Below, in pieces: positions 45,655-56,001 of a DNA stretch of 64,000 bases. The position numbers and the translations under genes were made by a program. Each line of letters starts with the position of its first letter. Position 1 is the first letter of the stretch. The notes under the pieces are model-generated. The model saw nothing but the letters and a program-made list of their open reading frames with translations. It did not search any database and was not told the origin of the DNA. This stretch comes from Arenicellales bacterium. Lineage in GTDB: Bacteria > Pseudomonadota > Gammaproteobacteria > Arenicellales > JAJDZL01. Location of the stretch: positions 304,812 to 368,811 of the forward strand of contig CBDAUA010000001.1 in the NCBI GenBank assembly GCA_965200425.1, read 5' to 3'.

Positions 45655-47964
45655 TTATTTCGTTTTCTGAATCAATGACCAAATTTGTTCTGATGTAGCT
45701 GGCATCTGAACCTCGGTAATGCCGAGTGGCTCTAGAGCGTCTACAACCGCGTTCATTACAGCGGCCGGCGCTCCCATGGTTCCAATTTCACCAACACCTT
45801 TTACACTCAAAGGATTTTCGTCCGTTTTAACTGGATTCCAGTCTAGTTCGAACGCCGGAACATCGTCTGCACGAGGAATCGCATAATCCATAAAGCTACC
45901 GGTAACAAGCTGTCCTGACGTCGGATCATAGAACGTATTTTCCAAAACAGCGTGACCGATACCATGGGTAAGCCCACCATGAAGTTGACCTGCCACAATC
46001 AGTGAATTGACAATGGTACCCGGATCACTAACAGCAATTAGTTGTTCGATCGAAATACTGCCTGTTTCTGGATCTATTTCGACTTCACATGCTTGGCAAC
46101 CACTCACAAACATCGAATGCTGAACAATATGCTTGTGAGAATCAATCAACGGCTGACCTTGATCGTAAGCAAATTCCGCTACTTTAAACAGACTGATTTT
46201 GTGATCGGTACCGGGAATACAAAAATGACCTGATGTGTATTCAACATCTTCGACCGCTACTTCAAAATAATTTGCGGCTTGTGAACGCGCTTTTTCTAAA
46301 ACCTTTTCAGCACTGTAGAACAATGCAGATCCTCCAATTCTCATCGAACGAGATGCATGTGATCCCTGACCAGATTGTACGAAATCGGTATCTCCTTCGA
46401 TAATTCGGACTTGTTCAATCGGAATTTGAAACTGGCTTGCAATGACTTGACCAAATGCCGTTTCATGCCCAGTGCCTATCGCTTGTGTACCTACTCGTGC
46501 TTCGACGATGTCGTCTCTGACTAGTACTTCCGCAAATTCGTTTGGAGTGCCCCCAACACTGTCGATGAAGGCCGAATAGCCAATTCCTCTGAATCGATGA
46601 TTTTCTGCTGAAACTTGACGACGAAGTTCAAATTCATCGTAATTTATGCGATCGATTAATTTTTGTAGGTTGCCCTCAAAATCTCCTGCAGAATAAAAAG
46701 CACCCGTTGGTGTCGTCCAGGGCTGATCTGACCTAGTAATCATGTTTTTCTTTCGCAGGCTAATGCGGTCAATGTTGAGTTGACGTGCAGCTTCGTCCAC
46801 AATTCGCTCAATGGCATATGAAACCTCGGCCCGAGCGACACCTCGGAAAGGGCCAACTTGAGCGGTATTAGAAAAAAAACCAATCAACGAGTAGTGAGCT
46901 ACCGGAATTCGATACACTCCACAGAGCATTAACCCCATATAGTACGAATATAACCAAATACTACGTGGATTTAGATAGGCTCCCAATCGCCACTTACTTG
47001 ATATTCGAATCACCGTCATCAGCTCATTGCCATCAAAGCTAAGCTGAACAAGCATCCGATGATCTCTAGATTGTGAATCGGTCAAAAAGCTCTCACTACG
47101 ATCAGGCACCCATTTCACGGGAGAATCTGTAAACTGAGCAAGCCAGGCTGTTACCGCAACTTCAGGCGAGGGTGCAGTCCTAGCCCCAAAACCACCGCCG
47201 GTGTCATTTGAAACAACTCTCACTCGATCGATCTCTACATCCAACACTGCAGCAATATCTTTTTGAAACCAGTGTGAGGCTTGACTACCTGTAAAAACCT
47301 CAAATCGTTCTTGTCCAACATCATAGCGAGCCAGTACCGTTCGTGGTTCCAAAAACGCGACAATGTGTCTTGGAAAATCCACGCTTAACTCTACGATTTG
47401 GTGAGCGCATCCAAACTCACGATCTACTTCTTCTCGGTTGCCTTTTTCCGCCTCTACACAGATGTTGTTGCCGATCTCTTCCCAAATTAGAGCAGCGTCG
47501 GAGTGAACAGCATCTTCAAATTCGATGACAGCTGGCAGTTCCTCGTACTCGACGTCAACGGCTTCTGCCGCGATCAGAGCTCGATGAAAACTATCTGCTA
47601 CGACTACCGCAACCGGTTCACCCGCGAATCGAACTTTATCAGTCGCCAGCAGGCATCTTCTGACATCAGGTAAGTCACTACCATCGGCATTCTTGATTGG
47701 ATAATCTGGACTTCTAGTTAGAGCATTAATCGGTTTTAGTCCAACTTTTTCTAACGCTCTGCCGTGGATACAAGCCCTTATTCCTGGCATTCTCGCAGCA
47801 ACAGACATATCGACCCGACAAATACGAGCATGTGCATGAGGACTACGAACAAATACCGCGTGGAGCTGACCTTCAAACGCAAAGTCATCCGCAAACTTGC
47901 CTTCTCCTTTCAGCAATCGTTCGTCTTCTACACGTATGATTGGCTTACCGATTAAATCTTTCAT
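45655..47964 (-). CDS. Xanthine dehydrogenase / CO dehydrogenase family molybdopterin-binding large subunit, with no adjacent small or medium subunit genes
   Basis: The ORF is 769 aa. It has an N-terminal a/b-hammerhead region (IGKPIIRVEDERLLKGEGKFADD) followed by MoCo-binding domains. No [2Fe-2S] or FAD subunit gene flanks it. Confidence 0.8.
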   Translation of the reverse strand: MKDLIGKPIIRVEDERLLKGEGKFADDFAFEGQLHAVFVRSPHAHARICRVDMSVAARMPGIRACIHGRALEKVGLKPINALTRSPDYPIKNADGSDLPDVRRCLLATDKVRFAGEPVAVVVADSFHRALIAAEAVDVEYEELPAVIEFEDAVHSDAALIWEEIGNNICVEAEKGNREEVDREFGCAHQIVELSVDFPRHIVAFLEPRTVLARYDVGQERFEVFTGSQASHWFQKDIAAVLDVEIDRVRVVSNDTGGGFGARTAPSPEVAVTAWLAQFTDSPVKWVPDRSESFLTDSQSRDHRMLVQLSFDGNELMTVIRISSKWRLGAYLNPRSIWLYSYYMGLMLCGVYRIPVAHYSLIGFFSNTAQVGPFRGVARAEVSYAIERIVDEAARQLNIDRISLRKKNMITRSDQPWTTPTGAFYSAGDFEGNLQKLIDRINYDEFELRRQVSAENHRFRGIGYSAFIDSVGGTPNEFAEVLVRDDIVEARVGTQAIGTGHETAFGQVIASQFQIPIEQVRIIEGDTDFVQSGQGSHASRSMRIGGSALFYSAEKVLEKARSQAANYFEVAVEDVEYTSGHFCIPGTDHKISLFKVAEFAYDQGQPLIDSHKHIVQHSMFVSGCQACEVEIDPETGSISIEQLIAVSDPGTIVNSLIVAGQLHGGLTHGIGHAVLENTFYDPTSGQLVTGSFMDYAIPRADDVPAFELDWNPVKTDENPLSVKGVGEIGTMGAPAAVMNAVVDALEPLGITEVQMPATSEQIWSLIQKTK

Positions 47965-48130
47965 TAGCTTTTATCATCCGCTTCTAGTTGGCCTACGATT
48001 ATCATGATTTGATCCAATCAGCGTACCTCAGCTTTCAGTCTTGGATTTTCAAATCGAACAGGCCTATTCAATTGTATCGCGGCAAGTGAAATTCGAACAA
48101 ATTCAAATAATTAGTGACATGAACAATAAT

Positions 48131-49684
48131 TCAATGAGCAAAATTGCGAGTCTTTTGTTTGTAATGTCCCTGAACGATTCGGTCGATTACCATCGCACAG
48201 AACAAAATAGCCAAACCTGCCAACACACCTTGGCCCTTTGCAGCATACTGCAAAGCCACGAGTACATCTTGTCCAAGCCCCTTAGCACCAATAAGAGAGG
48301 CGATTACTACCATCGATAAACACATTAATATGGTTTGATTGACACCGGTCATAATTGAGGGCATCGCTAGCGGCAGTTCGATATCCTTGAGCAAGGTGAA
48401 CTTCGTACATCCAAAGGCCAATGCTGCTTCCTTGATATGTTCCGGAACACCTCGAATTCCAAGTGCTGTCAGTCGTATTACGGGCGGCATTCCGAATACC
48501 AAAGTAGCGAGAACACCGGGTGGCTTACCCGTGCCAAAAAATGCAATAATGGGAATCAAATAGACAAATGCCGGCATGGTTTGCATAAAATCCAAAACCG
48601 GTGTAGCGGCGTTATACGCTCGTTGATTTTTGCCAAACCAGATTCCAAGCGGTATCCCGATGATCAGACACAAAAATGCGGCCGCACCCAACAATGAAAC
48701 TGTAATCATGCTAGTTTCCCAGAGCCCCAAAAATCCGAGGTAGGCTAAGGCAGCAATTGTAAATATTGCCACTCTAGGGCCCGCCACTCGCCATGCGACT
48801 ACAACGATAACTGTCATGACGACAGGCCAGGGCGTGGTTACGAATATTGTTTCGAGGCCGTCCAACACTGTTCGAATCACTCCAACTACACTATCGAATG
48901 CGCCTGCACCACGATTGGAGAGCCAGTCGAAACCTACTTCCAACCCATTTGCGATTGGAGAAAAGTACTGACCTTTTTCAATGGGAAAACCTTCCGTATA
49001 CATTTGAAATTGTGGTGCAATTTTTGAAACTGTGAATTTGTACAAAGTCAGAGGCGCAATAGCTAACCACATAATTACACTAAAAACGATACGATGTAAT
49101 TTTCGATCTGTATCAATCCTTTCTGGATCAGTTCGCCACTTCAGATATTGGCGTGAATATTTCAAATTCGCATAATATCCTTGGATGATTCGCAACGCCA
49201 ACATCACAAATATGCCCACAGCAAGATAGAAAATAGCAGCTTCGGCAGCGATAACCGCTTGTTCAGAAAGACTATCGACTAATTTTTGTAGGTTTTCTGC
49301 TCTAGTTAAAAAATTTGCAGCTTCCTCGCTGTTACTCGCTAAGGCTGCTTCGTATTTGGCCATAAATGATTCGATCTTGGGTTGAATCTTTTCAATGCGC
49401 GCCAACTGCTTTGCACCTAGCTCTCCCCAAAAACCCTTACCGATCTGAACGACAGCAAGAATCTCAAGAACGGTAAATGTCCAGAAGAATCCCCACAAAC
49501 CACGAGCAGCACCCCAAAATGGCCCGATTAGAGCAGCGGCCCAGTTCCACGAAAAAGGAAACTTGGAAGCAGATTGTATTTTTTCGAATTCTTTCTCGTA
49601 ATAGGACGAATTCTGTCCGACGAAGTTAGCGATTGAACTACTTATTTTTCTAGGCTGATCGGCTGTTGTTGAATCATCAATCAT
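48131..49684 (-). CDS. proW: Glycine betaine/proline-type ABC permease (ProW/OpuAB-like) with a long N-terminal membrane extension
   Basis: The C-terminal ~270 aa are a ProW-type permease (PAFVYLIPIIAFFGTGKPPGVLATLVFGMPPVIRLT). The N-terminal ~240 aa are extra and include a DUF2628-like segment (FPFSWNWAAALIGPFWGAARGLW). Confidence 0.8.
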   Translation of the reverse strand: MIDDSTTADQPRKISSSIANFVGQNSSYYEKEFEKIQSASKFPFSWNWAAALIGPFWGAARGLWGFFWTFTVLEILAVVQIGKGFWGELGAKQLARIEKIQPKIESFMAKYEAALASNSEEAANFLTRAENLQKLVDSLSEQAVIAAEAAIFYLAVGIFVMLALRIIQGYYANLKYSRQYLKWRTDPERIDTDRKLHRIVFSVIMWLAIAPLTLYKFTVSKIAPQFQMYTEGFPIEKGQYFSPIANGLEVGFDWLSNRGAGAFDSVVGVIRTVLDGLETIFVTTPWPVVMTVIVVVAWRVAGPRVAIFTIAALAYLGFLGLWETSMITVSLLGAAAFLCLIIGIPLGIWFGKNQRAYNAATPVLDFMQTMPAFVYLIPIIAFFGTGKPPGVLATLVFGMPPVIRLTALGIRGVPEHIKEAALAFGCTKFTLLKDIELPLAMPSIMTGVNQTILMCLSMVVIASLIGAKGLGQDVLVALQYAAKGQGVLAGLAILFCAMVIDRIVQGHYKQKTRNFAH

Positions 49685-50729
49685 GTTTTCCCCCTTTTAT
49701 GCCTTGCAACAAGGTTGACCTGTCGATTACTCCCACATCTTTGGCGTCGTGAGTAACTACGATTGGAAGATTAGTATTCGCTGCGATTTCAATCAGACTG
49801 CCTAGATCCGCATCATGAGGTGCTTTGGGTGCGTCGGCGGCAAGCATTTCTGGGAACTTCGCTCTATACTCCTCCAATCCCACCATAATTGTGTGTGCGA
49901 GTTTAAATTTTAAAGTTGAGATGCCCTCTACAAAATCAGCTACATACTTGTCGATTGGGTTGGTTACAATCTCGGACGGAGTTCCGACCTGTACGATTTG
50001 TCCGTCTTTCATAATGGCGATTCGATTACCAATTCGAATCGCTTCATCCAAGTCATGAGTGATGAACACGGTCGTCTTGTTCAATTCCATCGACAAATCC
50101 AAAAATTGGTCTTGTAGTTGACGACGAATCAACGGATCGAGTGCTGAGAATGGTTCATCCATCAACAACACTTCAGGATCGGAAGCCAATGCTCGAGCCA
50201 ACCCCACTCGTTGCTGCATTCCTCCTGACAGCTCACTTGGAAAACGATCCTCATACCCATCTAGATTAACCAAATTCAAACAACGTTGTGAGACTTCCCA
50301 TCTTTGCGACTGCGGTTGACCTTGAACTTGGAGTGGAAATGCCACGTTGTCTCGCACAGTGAGGTGTGGAAATAAAGCCATATGCTGAAAAACCATGCCA
50401 ATATGAGCGGCACGAAGTTTTCGGAGTTCTTCGTTCTTTAAAGATCTTACGTCATATCCCAACACGTTGATTGAACCAGCAGTCGGTTCGATCAAACCAT
50501 TGATATGTCGAACCATTGTTGATTTACCAGAACCCGAGAGGCCCATGACGCAGAATATTTCTCCGCGCTGAACTTGAATCGAGCAGTCGGAGATTCCGAC
50601 TACACAGTCAAACATGTTTAGAACTTGGGATTTGCTGAGCCCTTCTTTTTTTATAGCTTCGATAGCCTCTTCAGCTCGGCTACCGAAAATTTTCCAAACA
50701 TTGTCTAGTTGAATTACTATTTCTGACAA
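49677..50729 (-). CDS. proV: Glycine betaine/proline-type ABC transporter ATP-binding protein with a C-terminal CBS-like region
   Basis: It has a Walker A motif (GLSGSGKST), a signature motif (LSGGMQQRV) and a Walker B motif (LLMDEPFSALD). Its stop overlaps the proW start by 8 nt. Confidence 0.9.
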   Translation of the reverse strand: MSEIVIQLDNVWKIFGSRAEEAIEAIKKEGLSKSQVLNMFDCVVGISDCSIQVQRGEIFCVMGLSGSGKSTMVRHINGLIEPTAGSINVLGYDVRSLKNEELRKLRAAHIGMVFQHMALFPHLTVRDNVAFPLQVQGQPQSQRWEVSQRCLNLVNLDGYEDRFPSELSGGMQQRVGLARALASDPEVLLMDEPFSALDPLIRRQLQDQFLDLSMELNKTTVFITHDLDEAIRIGNRIAIMKDGQIVQVGTPSEIVTNPIDKYVADFVEGISTLKFKLAHTIMVGLEEYRAKFPEMLAADAPKAPHDADLGSLIEIAANTNLPIVVTHDAKDVGVIDRSTLLQGIKGGKHD

Positions 50730-50776
50730 TGGATTACCTTAAATCCTTGATAATAAATAATTTATTTATCCAGTAA

Positions 50777-52462
50777 TTAAGTTCGATGAGAAAATGAGTC
50801 TCGTCGAAAACTATATAGAGCATTCGGATCAACCATTACGTCGACGACAACTGGCTTGTCGCATTGAAGCGCTGCATTGACAGCTTCACCGATTTCCGAA
50901 GCTTTCTCAACACGATAACCAATCCCTCCGTACAGCTCAGCGACCTGATCAAAGGGAGGACTACTAACATCAGCACCAATATAACGACAATCAAAAAAGT
51001 CGCGCTGATACGCTTTTTCGGCACCCCAACATCGATTGTTCAGTACGATCGTTACTGTGGCAATATTGTTATCAACCGCCGTGCTGAGTTCTGAAAGCGT
51101 CATTCCAAATCCACCATCACCCATCATACTCACTACAGGTCGTTCAGGCTGAGCCAACTTAACCCCAAGTCCACAGGCATACGAAAATCCCACCAAACCG
51201 AAATCCAAAGGTGTAAACAAAGATCTTGGTGTCCAATAATTTAAAGCATCTGTTGCTTGTAGACATAAAGTGCCTGCGTCCAAAGTGACAGCAACATTCT
51301 TTGGTAAAACTTTCCGTAATTCCTTATACAACTGTGCAGGTTGAATCGGAATGTCAGAAACTGGCACTTCCTTTTCGCGTTTTTCGAGGTACGAAACTCG
51401 TTTTCTTCTAAATGCTTCCAACCAAGCATTCACTGTTTCGCGAATTTCCGCGCATCCCAATTTTTCACGAATTTGTTTGGCAACCGTTGTTGCATCAGCC
51501 AATATTCCTAGTTCGACTGGAAAATACCGGCCGATTGCGGTTGGATCTAACTCCACTTGAATGATTTTCGCTCGTTCATTGAGATAGTCGTAGGTATAGA
51601 ATGTGGCATTGAATCCAAGTCTCGTGCCTAAAGCTAGAATTACATCTGCCCGTTTTACCAAGTCGGTAGCAACCGGATTCCCTCGTGGCCCCATTTGCCC
51701 TGCATTCAGAAAATGTCCATACGGCACAGCATCACCATGACCAGGAGAAGTCACAACCGGTGCATTTAGATCTTCTGCAAGTGACAATACCGTTTCATGT
51801 CCGTGACTGTTTTTGATTCCGCCACCTGCAATAATCACAGGTCGGTCAGCTCCTTTCAGCAATGTACTGGCTCGAATGACTTCATCTTCGTTTCCAGCGG
51901 GATAACTTTGAACTCGATAGTCCAATGGAGACTGAAAAGGCGGAAATTCTGCCGTTTCAGATAAAACGTCACGTGGTAAATTCAAATGAACCGGACCTTG
52001 CCGGGGTGTCGTTGCCACTCGAAACGCTTCACGAAACATTTCCGGCACTCGTGCAGTTTGAGTGACTGTCCAGGTTTTTTTGGTTATCGGAGAAAACAGC
52101 GCTTGTTGATCAACCTCTTGAAATGCATCACGATAGACGTGCTCTGTCGAAAGTGCTCCTGCAATTGAAACAACAGGTGAAAAAGCCGCTTTAGCCTGCG
52201 CTAACCCAGTTACCAAATTCGTCGCACCAGGCCCGTTTTGACCTGCAACTATTATCCCCGGTCGATTCGATGCCCGAGCGTAACCATCAGCCATGTGCGT
52301 GCCGGTACGCTCATCATGGACTCCAATAAATCGAATGTCTTGGGCATCATACAAGGCATCAAAGAGCTCCATTGTGGCAGAACCAATTAAGCCAAAAATA
52401 ATCTCAACGTTCTCAGCTTGTAGAGACTTTATGACGGCTTGGCCACCCGTCAAAGTATGCAT
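50777..52462 (-). CDS. Thiamine-diphosphate-dependent enzyme (acetolactate synthase large subunit / sulfoacetaldehyde acetyltransferase-like family)
   Basis: The ORF is 561 aa. It has an N-terminal Pyr domain (GLIGSATMELFDAL...GQNGPGATNLVTGL) and a C-terminal TPP motif (GDGGFGMTLSELSTAV..NN). The specific activity cannot be determined from sequence. Confidence 0.75.
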   Translation of the reverse strand: MHTLTGGQAVIKSLQAENVEIIFGLIGSATMELFDALYDAQDIRFIGVHDERTGTHMADGYARASNRPGIIVAGQNGPGATNLVTGLAQAKAAFSPVVSIAGALSTEHVYRDAFQEVDQQALFSPITKKTWTVTQTARVPEMFREAFRVATTPRQGPVHLNLPRDVLSETAEFPPFQSPLDYRVQSYPAGNEDEVIRASTLLKGADRPVIIAGGGIKNSHGHETVLSLAEDLNAPVVTSPGHGDAVPYGHFLNAGQMGPRGNPVATDLVKRADVILALGTRLGFNATFYTYDYLNERAKIIQVELDPTAIGRYFPVELGILADATTVAKQIREKLGCAEIRETVNAWLEAFRRKRVSYLEKREKEVPVSDIPIQPAQLYKELRKVLPKNVAVTLDAGTLCLQATDALNYWTPRSLFTPLDFGLVGFSYACGLGVKLAQPERPVVSMMGDGGFGMTLSELSTAVDNNIATVTIVLNNRCWGAEKAYQRDFFDCRYIGADVSSPPFDQVAELYGGIGYRVEKASEIGEAVNAALQCDKPVVVDVMVDPNALYSFRRDSFSHRT

Positions 52463-52486
52463 CAGTTACTATCCTCGAATCGGGAG

Positions 52487-53302
52487 TTATGGAGAAATTA
52501 CTAGCTTATGTTCCAGTACTTTTACTAGAAACTTGCGTATAGCTTGAAGAAATAAATCAGGTTCCTCCATCAAACCCAAATGTTGTAATCGTTCCACAAT
52601 TACGCATTTTGAATTTTCAATTTCCGCTGCAATCGCTTTTGACATCGCAGGAGTACTACCACTGTCGTTTTCGCAAGTCATTACCAAGGTAGGAATACAA
52701 ATTGGAGGTTTAGGATTGATTAACTCTTTAACACCTATAGCCAAAACTTTTCTGCATAGAGCATAGATGGTAGGATCGTTACTAGTGATCCAACCACTTA
52801 CTTTTTTCACAACTTCTAACTCGGTTGATAAATACCTATGCGTAAACCAACGTTCGAGTGAAGTTTGTAAAGTTGCTTGAGGACCACCTACTGAAGTATC
52901 TGCCACGCGTTGCTCAATAATTTGCTGTTCTTTTTCATCCCTTTTGTGTGGTGAGTTAAGAATTACTAGAGCATCTGTGCATTGTGGATAATCAATGGCG
53001 AACCGGCGATTGATCATACCCCCAAGAGAAAAACCAACAACTGAACAGGTATTTATGTTTAAGTCGGCTAGTAGGTGGCGTAGTTGCTTTGAAAAAAGAC
53101 TTAAAGATGGATTTTCCGAAGGAGGACTACTTTCGCCATGACCCGATAAATCGTACGTGAGAACGCGAAACTGATCCGACAACACACTCGTATACTCACT
53201 CCACATATGTCGATTTACTCCTAAACCATGGATAAGCGCCACAACTGGAGCATCTCGCACTCCTTCTATATTGTAAAAAGTGCCTCGACGAGTGCTAGGC
53301 AT
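52487..53302 (-). CDS. Alpha/beta hydrolase (3-oxoadipate enol-lactonase-like)
   Basis: It has an HG oxyanion motif (LIHGLGVN) and a nucleophile elbow (GFSLGGM). The ORF is 271 aa. Confidence 0.75.
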   Translation of the reverse strand: MPSTRRGTFYNIEGVRDAPVVALIHGLGVNRHMWSEYTSVLSDQFRVLTYDLSGHGESSPPSENPSLSLFSKQLRHLLADLNINTCSVVGFSLGGMINRRFAIDYPQCTDALVILNSPHKRDEKEQQIIEQRVADTSVGGPQATLQTSLERWFTHRYLSTELEVVKKVSGWITSNDPTIYALCRKVLAIGVKELINPKPPICIPTLVMTCENDSGSTPAMSKAIAAEIENSKCVIVERLQHLGLMEEPDLFLQAIRKFLVKVLEHKLVISP

Positions 53303-53448
53303 GCGGGAGAGAATCCTTCAGAATTGGCATCAATTGCAAACAAGGAATTGCAACTGCAGTGAATTCTGATGAAAGGAAGAAATATTTTGACAAGACTTCA
53401 AGATTTTTCAAACTTGTGCAAACACTATAAATTCTGCATTACAAAGAA

Positions 53449-54486
53449 TTATTGAAATGCAGGGATCACTTCGTTGCAGAATAGTTCCAAAGATCTTTTT
53501 TGCTCTTTACGACCAAGCCCCATACTAGCTAAATATACAAACTCGTCTACACCGAGTTTTTCATATAACTTTAATTTCTTTATCACTTCTTCAGGGCTTC
53601 CCAACATGAGATTGCGTTCCATCATGTGAGCATCATATTGCTCTCGCTCTGTTAATTCTTCTAGGGGAATTTGTTTCGGGAATCCATTGACAACATCCCC
53701 CAAGTTTCTAAACAGATTTTCAAACATTCCCATACTAGTTTGAATCGCCACCACTGCTGTATCCCGGCCAGCAGTATTTTCATAAAGCGCGGTATGTCGC
53801 ATGATGGCAAATTTAGGCCTTTGGTCGCTAGGATACTTGGCTATTGATTCTTCTAACCGAGATTTGTACAACTCAATCTCGGAAGCTGGTCGAGTCAAGG
53901 GCCAAGAAATGATATTGCAACCATTCTCTACGGCATAGTCAAAGGTAATTGGTGCTCGGGCTGCCACCCAGATAGGTGGGTATGGTTTTTGTAAGGGTTT
54001 AGGTACAGATGTAGCAGTAGGAAATGACCAATATTCGCCGTTATGCTCATAATCACCCTGCCACAGTGCTTTGAGAACTGGCAGCATCTCGTGGACGTAT
54101 TTATAAGCGTTAAACTGTTTCAAGCCGGGTGTCATTCGATCAAATTCTCTTTGATAAGCACCGGAACCAATTCCGAATTCGAGGCGACCGCCACTGATTA
54201 AGTCAACAAACGCAGCTTCACTGGCTAAGTTGATAGGGTGCCAGTACGCCGCGACAACAACCGCAGTCCCAAGACGTATGTCATTGGTATGCGATGCTAA
54301 CCACGCCAGTTTCACAAACGGGTTTGGAGCAATGGTTAATTCCAAGGCATGATGTTCTGCTGCCCAGACAATATTAAACCCTCCTCGATCAGCAATTTGC
54401 ACCATTTCTAGCGTATGGCGCGCGATTTCACCCATGTCGTCACTAGCACTGAAACGCTCTAGGTTAATTGCCAATTGAAATTTCAT
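53449..54486 (-). CDS. Luciferase-like (LLM class) flavin-dependent monooxygenase/oxidoreductase
   Basis: The ORF is 345 aa. Its N-terminus (MKFQLAINLERF...GFNIVWAAEHH) is typical of the LLM family. Confidence 0.75.
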   Translation of the reverse strand: MKFQLAINLERFSASDDMGEIARHTLEMVQIADRGGFNIVWAAEHHALELTIAPNPFVKLAWLASHTNDIRLGTAVVVAAYWHPINLASEAAFVDLISGGRLEFGIGSGAYQREFDRMTPGLKQFNAYKYVHEMLPVLKALWQGDYEHNGEYWSFPTATSVPKPLQKPYPPIWVAARAPITFDYAVENGCNIISWPLTRPASEIELYKSRLEESIAKYPSDQRPKFAIMRHTALYENTAGRDTAVVAIQTSMGMFENLFRNLGDVVNGFPKQIPLEELTEREQYDAHMMERNLMLGSPEEVIKKLKLYEKLGVDEFVYLASMGLGRKEQKRSLELFCNEVIPAFQ

Positions 54487-54519
54487 TGTTCATTCCTCAA
54501 TAAAAGCTAACTAGCGGTT

Positions 54520-56001
54520 TTAACGATTAATAAACTGACTCTCTAACGGTGCACTGGAAGTATTCATCCAAACAGTCTTTGTACGTGTGTAGTCGTAAAT
54601 GGACTGAAATCCTGCTTCTCGACCATAGCCTGAGTCTTTGAATCCACCGCACTCCGCAATGGGAGAAATCGCCCGATATGTATTCACCCATACAATCCCC
54701 GCTCGTATTTTACTGGTCATACGCAGAGCACGAGCACTGTCTCGAGTGAATATTCCCGCCGCTAGACCGTGTTTTGAATCGTTCGCGAGTCGAACCACTT
54801 CAGCTTCGTCTTTGAAACGCAAGGCACTCAATACAGGTCCAAATAATTCTGTATCTACAATGTTTAGATCTTGTCGAGGACAATCAATAATCGTCGGTTC
54901 ATAGTAAAAACCATCTAAGTGATCAGGACGCTTACCACCACACAGTAATTTTCCACCTTCAATCAGTGCAGTTTCCACTTCTCGTTCAATTTTCTCCACT
55001 TGAGCGATAGTGCATAGGGGGCCCATTTGCGTTGCCTCGGCCATAGGATCACCCACTAATATTTCCCCTGCTTGTTCAATCATTCGAGCTAAGAATTTAT
55101 CTGCAATACCCTCTTGCACATAGAGCCGAGAACCCGCCACACAGCTCTGTCCAGACGCTCCGAAAATCGCTCCTAAGGAACCGTTTACTGCACTGTCAAC
55201 ATCGACATCATCGAAAACAATGAAGGGAGACTTGCCTCCTAATTCTAGAGTCAAATCGGCGAAGTTATTTGCTGAATTCTGAACGATGTGTTTGGCTGCA
55301 GCAGAGCCACCTGTAAAGGCAATTCTTGACACTAGAGGATGCGAAGTCAGTGTTTTTCCACAAACGTCGCCGTGACCGGATAGGATATTTATGACACCAG
55401 GTGGAATCCCAGCTCGTTCAACTAAGCGACCGAATTCCAGCAAGGTCACAGGTGCACACTCGGAGGTCTTCAGTACAACTGTATTGCCGGCGGCGAGCGC
55501 AGGTCCTATCTTTACCGCACTTAGAAAAACCTGTGAATTCCACGGTACGACAGCAGCAACGACTCCAATCGGTTCACGACGAGTAAATACAAACATGTCC
55601 GGTTTATCGATCGGTAAGGTATCCCCATTAACCTTGTCCGCACAACCAGCAAAGAAGTGATAATATTCAGCAATGTATTTCGCTTGCCATCGAGTCTCCT
55701 TGAACATCTTACCCGTATCTAAACACTCGGTCATTCCAAGTTCCTCGGAATGCTCGATCAACAAATCAGCGAGTCTTCTTAGGCAATGCCCTCGTTGAGA
55801 AGGCGACATCGTAGACCAAGGACCTGCGCTAAAAGCTTTGTGAGCACTGAGTACTGCGTCATTCACATCTTGAGCGGATGCTTCGGGAACCCGGGCCCAT
55901 ACCAAACCCGTCGCTGGATTGACGCTATCAAATGTCTCTCCCGTCGACGCACTGACCCAGCTTCCGTTGATCAGCATCTTATAGTCCTTTACTCCACTCA
56001 T
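54520..56001 (-). CDS. NAD(P)+-dependent aldehyde dehydrogenase
   Basis: The ORF is 493 aa. It has the catalytic regions LELGGKSP and GQSCVAGSR. Confidence 0.9.
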   Translation of the reverse strand: MSGVKDYKMLINGSWVSASTGETFDSVNPATGLVWARVPEASAQDVNDAVLSAHKAFSAGPWSTMSPSQRGHCLRRLADLLIEHSEELGMTECLDTGKMFKETRWQAKYIAEYYHFFAGCADKVNGDTLPIDKPDMFVFTRREPIGVVAAVVPWNSQVFLSAVKIGPALAAGNTVVLKTSECAPVTLLEFGRLVERAGIPPGVINILSGHGDVCGKTLTSHPLVSRIAFTGGSAAAKHIVQNSANNFADLTLELGGKSPFIVFDDVDVDSAVNGSLGAIFGASGQSCVAGSRLYVQEGIADKFLARMIEQAGEILVGDPMAEATQMGPLCTIAQVEKIEREVETALIEGGKLLCGGKRPDHLDGFYYEPTIIDCPRQDLNIVDTELFGPVLSALRFKDEAEVVRLANDSKHGLAAGIFTRDSARALRMTSKIRAGIVWVNTYRAISPIAECGGFKDSGYGREAGFQSIYDYTRTKTVWMNTSSAPLESQFINR

